Shown here: piece after piece, positions 6,627 to 10,592 of the stretch
How positions within the stretch are numbered: the stretch's first letter is position 1
Layout of the letters: each line of letters opens with the position of its first letter
Assembly (NCBI GenBank): GCA_050287085.1
Contig: JBNKBE010000045.1
Coordinates: 1 to 10,592, forward strand
DNA: 10,592 bases
Reading direction: 5' to 3'
DNA from: Polyangiaceae bacterium
Lineage (GTDB): Bacteria > Myxococcota_A > Polyangia > Polyangiales > Polyangiaceae
The notes under the pieces: generated by a model
Database searches by the model: none
Told to the model about the DNA's origin: nothing
Seen by the model: only the letters and a program-made list of their open reading frames with translations
Translations under genes and position numbers: made by a program

Positions 6627-8407
6627 TGGCGCGGGATGTCACGCTGACTCGGGGCTCGGTCTGTCTCGGACCGGTCTGTCTCGGACTGGTCTGCTTCGGA
6701 CTGGTCTGTTTCGGACTGGTCGCGTGCGGGCCTTCTTCGGAAGGGACGCCGCTGCCGACGGAGGTCAAGACCGGCAGCCAGACGAACTGGCTGAAAGCCT
6801 GTGACGACTCGGAAGAGTGTGATCAGCTGGAGTGCTTATGTGGCCTATGCACGCTCCGCTGCGATGCGGAGTCGCAGTGTGCCGGCCTAGGGGACGCGAG
6901 CTGTGTTTCTGAGTCGGACCCGGGCGCGGCGCTACTGTGTGGTGGCGCAGCTCCGCCAGGGCCCCTCTGCCTAGGCACCTGTGAGGGGGTAGAATGCGGA
7001 AGCAATGAGGTCTGCGCGGCGGGAGTGTGTATCCCTTCGGCGCCCCCGCCCGAAACGCCGGAGGCGGACGCTACCGCTCCGCTGGAGCCCCTGGCGGACG
7101 CACGTGTCGACATTGATCCAGCGCAGCGCTTTCAAACGTTGCTCGGTTTTGGCGCCGGGTTAGCCTACATGGAAGACCAGATTGTGGCTCATCCGAAGAA
7201 GGCCGAGCTGTTTGAGGATATGTTCGTCGCTTCTGGCTTCGAGGTGTTGCGTATTCGCAATCGCTTCGACGACGACAATGCTGCGGAACTCGCCGCGGCC
7301 ACCGAGATCCTGACGAGTGCCGCGACATTGTCAGGTCGCAAACCCACCGTCTTCATGACGTCGGGAAGTCCGCCAGCGCGGCTAAAAGCCAATGCGTCGC
7401 GCTCTTGCTGCGGTGATGATGGGGCCTGCACCCTATCGCGCGCCCAGGCGGGCGGCTTTGACTACGATGGTTTGGCCGAGTACTGGAGGGCCTCTCTCCA
7501 AGCCCACGACGACGCCGGAATTCTTCCAGATTTCGTGAGCCTACAGAACAACCCGAACTGGGTGCCAGAGGCGCCTGCCTGCGTTGATGCGTGCCGCTTC
7601 TTGCCGAGCGAAGGCGTTGCATCCATGACGCTTGGAGGGGAGCTCATGGACGTCGCATACCCGGGCTATGACGAGGCGCTGCGTGCCGTCCGGGGGGCGC
7701 TGGACACTTTGCCTAGCATTCCGCGTCTGGCGGCTCCGGAGCTCAACTCTATCGACGGATTGGCGGACTATCTGACAGCACTCGATCCGGTGTCCTACGA
7801 CGTTCTGTCGTTTCACCTGTACGAGACGGATCCCCTAACGCTGGAGCCGCAACAACTTGAGGCACTCCGCGATCTAGCGGAAGGCACGGGCCACGACCTG
7901 GTGCAGAGCGAGGTGCAAGTCGACGGAGTTGGGACCGCGATGCTCGGGCACTATTCGCTGTCGTCGGCCAATGCCGTGGCTTACCTAGCCAATGACTTCG
8001 TCGCTACCGGCGCTCAAGATGAGGACTCCGCCGCCCTCATCGCCTTGGACGGTAGCGGGTATACATTGCTCGAGCCCTACTACGCACTGGCGCATTATGC
8101 CCGCCACACCGAAGCGGGTTGGGTTCGAGTCGGCTTGGTCAGTTCGTCGGAAAGCGTTCTGGCTACCGCGTGGGTCGCACCGGATGAGACGGCTCTCACC
8201 GTCGTGTTGTTCAACCCGGGCCAGGACGAACTCTCGGTCGAGATAGCCATTGCAGAAGAGCTGATGAGTGCATTTTCGGCGAGCGGCGTCGAACGAACGG
8301 TCTTCGGCACTGACGAGCGCGGGGCTGAGCTGGGGGAGCTTGCGGACAACGGTGTCGTCTTGTTGCCCGCCCGCGGGATGGTTACGGTCGCTCTGAGCCA
8401 GAAATGA
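6626..8407 (+). CDS. Lipoprotein: Cys-rich N-terminal domain, Pro-rich linker and GH30-like (clan GH-A) glycoside hydrolase domain with acid/base Glu replaced by Asn (593 aa)
   Basis: The ATG at 6626 overlaps the upstream TGA (TGATG) and follows GGAGGAGG. Lipobox LVA-C34; 14 Cys in aa 59-135. GH30 hallmarks: IDPAQRFQTLLGFGA, LRIR, SPPARLK, FVSLQNNP (canonical QNEP), FHLY, LVQSE (nucleophile), YYALAHYARHTEAGWVRV, and a C-terminal beta domain ending LLPARGMVTVAL. Confidence 0.85.
   Translation: MARDVTLTRGSVCLGPVCLGLVCFGLVCFGLVACGPSSEGTPLPTEVKTGSQTNWLKACDDSEECDQLECLCGLCTLRCDAESQCAGLGDASCVSESDPGAALLCGGAAPPGPLCLGTCEGVECGSNEVCAAGVCIPSAPPPETPEADATAPLEPLADARVDIDPAQRFQTLLGFGAGLAYMEDQIVAHPKKAELFEDMFVASGFEVLRIRNRFDDDNAAELAAATEILTSAATLSGRKPTVFMTSGSPPARLKANASRSCCGDDGACTLSRAQAGGFDYDGLAEYWRASLQAHDDAGILPDFVSLQNNPNWVPEAPACVDACRFLPSEGVASMTLGGELMDVAYPGYDEALRAVRGALDTLPSIPRLAAPELNSIDGLADYLTALDPVSYDVLSFHLYETDPLTLEPQQLEALRDLAEGTGHDLVQSEVQVDGVGTAMLGHYSLSSANAVAYLANDFVATGAQDEDSAALIALDGSGYTLLEPYYALAHYARHTEAGWVRVGLVSSSESVLATAWVAPDETALTVVLFNPGQDELSVEIAIAEELMSAFSASGVERTVFGTDERGAELGELADNGVVLLPARGMVTVALSQK
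6658..6721 (+). repeat. 15-bp tandem repeat, about 4.3 copies, encoding VC(L/F)G(P/L) in the lipoprotein signal peptide
   Basis: Units GGTCTGTCTCGGACC / GGTCTGTCTCGGACT / GGTCTGCTTCGGACT / GGTCTGTTTCGGACT / GGTC translate to VCLGP VCLGL VCFGL VCFGL V. Confidence 0.95.
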
Positions 8408-8657
8408 GCTACTCACCGTCCCCGCCTGGGGCGGCGTGACCCCAGGACTGTTGGAAGATTCCGAGCCTGTCGTAGGGTTAAGTCTCAGAAAAGAAAGTCA
8501 GATTGCACAAGCCGCTGCCGGCAAGTTTGGCGCGAGCAGTATTGTCCGCTTTGAGCCACAAAGCAGTAGTATTGCGTTTAGCCCAGCGAACCTGGCGCTC
8601 AGTCCCTGCTCGCTGCAGTTCTGGGCTTCTTTCATTGCCATCGCACACAGAATCACG

Positions 8658-10502
8658 ATGACCGACTCTCCTTTCTCAGCCCAGCAAACTCAAAGCCTTG
8701 CCCGCGAACACGCCGCCTTCAGCGGTTGTGCGCTTGGTCGTCGAGTGGCGGGCGCGCTTGTGCTCGGCTCAGTGCTGGGCCTTGCCGGATGTGAGGCCAG
8801 CACTGACTCAACGCCGGGAAGCTCGGCGCCGGTCGCAGGCTCCGGCGCCTCGGCGGGGGCAGGTGGCGCGGTGGGCGCCGCAGGTGGTGGGGTAACCGGC
8901 GGTGGCGGGGCGCCCGGCGGCGGCACGACAACAGGAGGAACCGGCGCTGCGGGCGGTCCGGTTGACTCTGGGGCTGTGCGGTATACCGCGCCCGCCGGGG
9001 TCCTTCGACGTTTGACGCGTTCTCAAATAGCGAACGCGGTTTTCGATCTGATCGGCGCCCAAATCACCATCGACGACAGTTTCAAAGATACCTACGACGG
9101 GGTCTTCGCTTCGGTAGGGGCTGCCAAGATCACTTCGAGCGATACGGATGTGGAGATTTTTGGCAGCGCGATTGAGGCGGCGGTAGGTGAAGCCTTCGGT
9201 AGCGCGGCTCAGCGAGATGCGCTCATGGGCTGCGCGCCCCAGATGGCGGCGGACGCATGCACGCGAGGATATTTCGAGCGCATCGGGCAGCGCGCCTGGC
9301 GGCGACCGCTAGGGGCCGAGGAGCTGGACCAGGTGGTGGGTGTTGCCGAGCTGGTTGAGACAGAACTCGGTGATGTGACCGAAGGCGTGAAGTGGGCTAC
9401 GGTGGCCCTGCTCGGCTCCCCGAACTTCTTGTACCGCGCCGAGCTGGGTATGCCGGGCGCGGATGGCAGCTTTCGCTTGACTCGCTACGAGATAGCGGCG
9501 CGCTTGTCGTTCCTGTTGTGGGATTCGGTGCCAGACGATCAACTGATGGCCGATGCGGCGAGCGGGAAGCTAGACACCAAAGAGGGTGTCCGCGCCTCCA
9601 TCGAGCGCATGATGGCCATGCCAGCTGGGCGTGAGTCGGTCGGCACTTTTGCCGATCAGTACATGCGACTCGACAAGGTCCTGGAGCTCAAGAAGGACCC
9701 AGCCGCATTCCCGGAACTCTCCGACACGCTACGGCAGGCAATGATTCGCGATATGCGCGCCGTGTGGGAAGCCAATGCGTTTGACGATCAGGCGAGCGTA
9801 ATGGAGCTGTTCACCACCGACAAGGCGATGGTCAACTCCAGCTTGGCGCGCATCTATGGCATCGACGATGCGGGGTTGACGGAAGAGACCTTCGAGCTTC
9901 GCTCGCTACCCGCTGACAGTCCGCGGCGTGGCATCCTGGGTAAGCTGGCGTTCTTGGGGCCGCAAGCGAACCAGAAGGAGGGCTCTCCAACGTTGCGCGG
10001 CAAGTTCATTCGGGCTGCTGTCATGTGTCTGGAGGTTCCTTTGCCCCCCGGCAACGTAGTGCCGGTCATTCCGGAGTCGCCTGAGGGTATGCCCATGACC
10101 AAACGGCAGCGCCTGGAAAAGCATCGTACGGACCCCACCTGTGCGGGCTGCCATTCTCTATTCGACCCGATGGGGGTTCCTTTCGAGAGCTTCGACGCGC
10201 TCGGCCGCTACCGGGAGATGGAAGAGGGGCTGCCGATCGATCCCTCCGGGGAGTTCGACGGCACGCCTGTGGCAGACTCGGTTGAGTTGGCCGACGTCAT
10301 CGCGGCGAGTGATCGGGTTTCCGGTTGCTTGGTGCAGAATTACTACTCCTACGCGGTGGGTCACGAGATTCGACCCGGTGACGCGAGCGTTGTCGACGGT
10401 CTGAAGGCGTCGTTTGAAGCGTCCGGGTACCGTCTCAAAGACTTGATCGTTGAGGTTGCCTCGAGTGATGCGTTTGCCTCCGTTGCACCTCAAGCCGACT
10501 GA
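8658..10502 (+). CDS. DUF1592-family lipoprotein (DUF1587/1595/1592/1588/1585 architecture) with one CxxCH motif (614 aa)
   Basis: Lipobox LAG-C45 and a Gly-rich linker, then LRRLTRSQIANAVFDL, RAWRRPL, ALLGSPNFLYR, YEIAARLSFLLWDSVPDDQL, SPTLRGKFIR..MC, RLEKHRTDPTCAGCHSLFDPMGVPFESFDALGRYR and CLVQNYYSYAVG. The ATG at 8658 is preferred over the GTG at 8436; the exact start is uncertain. Confidence 0.9.
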   Translation: MTDSPFSAQQTQSLAREHAAFSGCALGRRVAGALVLGSVLGLAGCEASTDSTPGSSAPVAGSGASAGAGGAVGAAGGGVTGGGGAPGGGTTTGGTGAAGGPVDSGAVRYTAPAGVLRRLTRSQIANAVFDLIGAQITIDDSFKDTYDGVFASVGAAKITSSDTDVEIFGSAIEAAVGEAFGSAAQRDALMGCAPQMAADACTRGYFERIGQRAWRRPLGAEELDQVVGVAELVETELGDVTEGVKWATVALLGSPNFLYRAELGMPGADGSFRLTRYEIAARLSFLLWDSVPDDQLMADAASGKLDTKEGVRASIERMMAMPAGRESVGTFADQYMRLDKVLELKKDPAAFPELSDTLRQAMIRDMRAVWEANAFDDQASVMELFTTDKAMVNSSLARIYGIDDAGLTEETFELRSLPADSPRRGILGKLAFLGPQANQKEGSPTLRGKFIRAAVMCLEVPLPPGNVVPVIPESPEGMPMTKRQRLEKHRTDPTCAGCHSLFDPMGVPFESFDALGRYREMEEGLPIDPSGEFDGTPVADSVELADVIAASDRVSGCLVQNYYSYAVGHEIRPGDASVVDGLKASFEASGYRLKDLIVEVASSDAFASVAPQAD

Positions 10503-10535
10503 CCCTGCCCTGTAACGAACGAAGAGCTGATGACC

Positions 10536-10592
10536 ATGAAAGCACTGAATCGACGAACCGTTCTCCGGGGCCTCTTGACCACAGGCGCCACG
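10536..10592 (+). CDS. 5' end of a Tat-signal protein, probably the DUF1552-family partner of the DUF1592 gene (partial)
   Basis: MKALNRRTVLRGLLTTGAT contains the twin-arginine motif NRRTVLRG. It starts 33 bp after the DUF1592 stop, with GAAGAG upstream and an alternative ATG at 10530. DUF1552 genes typically follow DUF1592 genes; only 19 codons are visible. Confidence 0.72.
   Translation, partial: MKALNRRTVLRGLLTTGAT

Noticed and set aside
8436..8657. 74-aa N-terminal extension of the DUF1592 protein
   Set aside because: It would place the lipobox about 119 aa from the start; the region is AT-richer and looks intergenic.
8793..8975. Gly/Ala-rich stretch as a DNA repeat or collagen-like domain
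   Set aside because: There is no nucleotide periodicity or sustained Gly-X-Y pattern; it is a typical low-complexity linker after a lipobox.

Overview
GC-rich window that looks myxobacterial (Myxococcota/Polyangiales-like; inferred from gene content only). In order: (1) a minus-strand ferritin-like diiron protein absent from the ORF track, which runs off the window edge through an in-frame 18-bp (QGAPKQ)n repeat; (2) a divergent YbiT-like ABC-F ATPase and an ArsC/Spx-family CxxC protein; (3) a minus-strand pair of a roadblock/LC7 (MglB-like) gene and an MglA-type GTPase with an extra ~300-aa C-terminal region, possibly a degenerate kinase-like fold; (4) a ~730-bp divergent intergenic region; (5) a multi-winged-helix protein with a DUF4423/TIGR02147-like tail, coupled by a TGATG overlap to a Cys-rich lipoprotein whose GH30-like domain has Asn at the expected acid/base Glu (QNNP) and whose signal peptide is built from a 15-bp tandem repeat; (6) a DUF1592-family CxxCH lipoprotein and the start of a Tat-signal, probably DUF1552, partner. 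The best candidates for undescribed systems are the wHTH regulator plus putative pseudo-glycosidase lipoprotein pair and the roadblock plus MglA-fusion pair. All family assignments come from reading motifs by eye; no searches were run.
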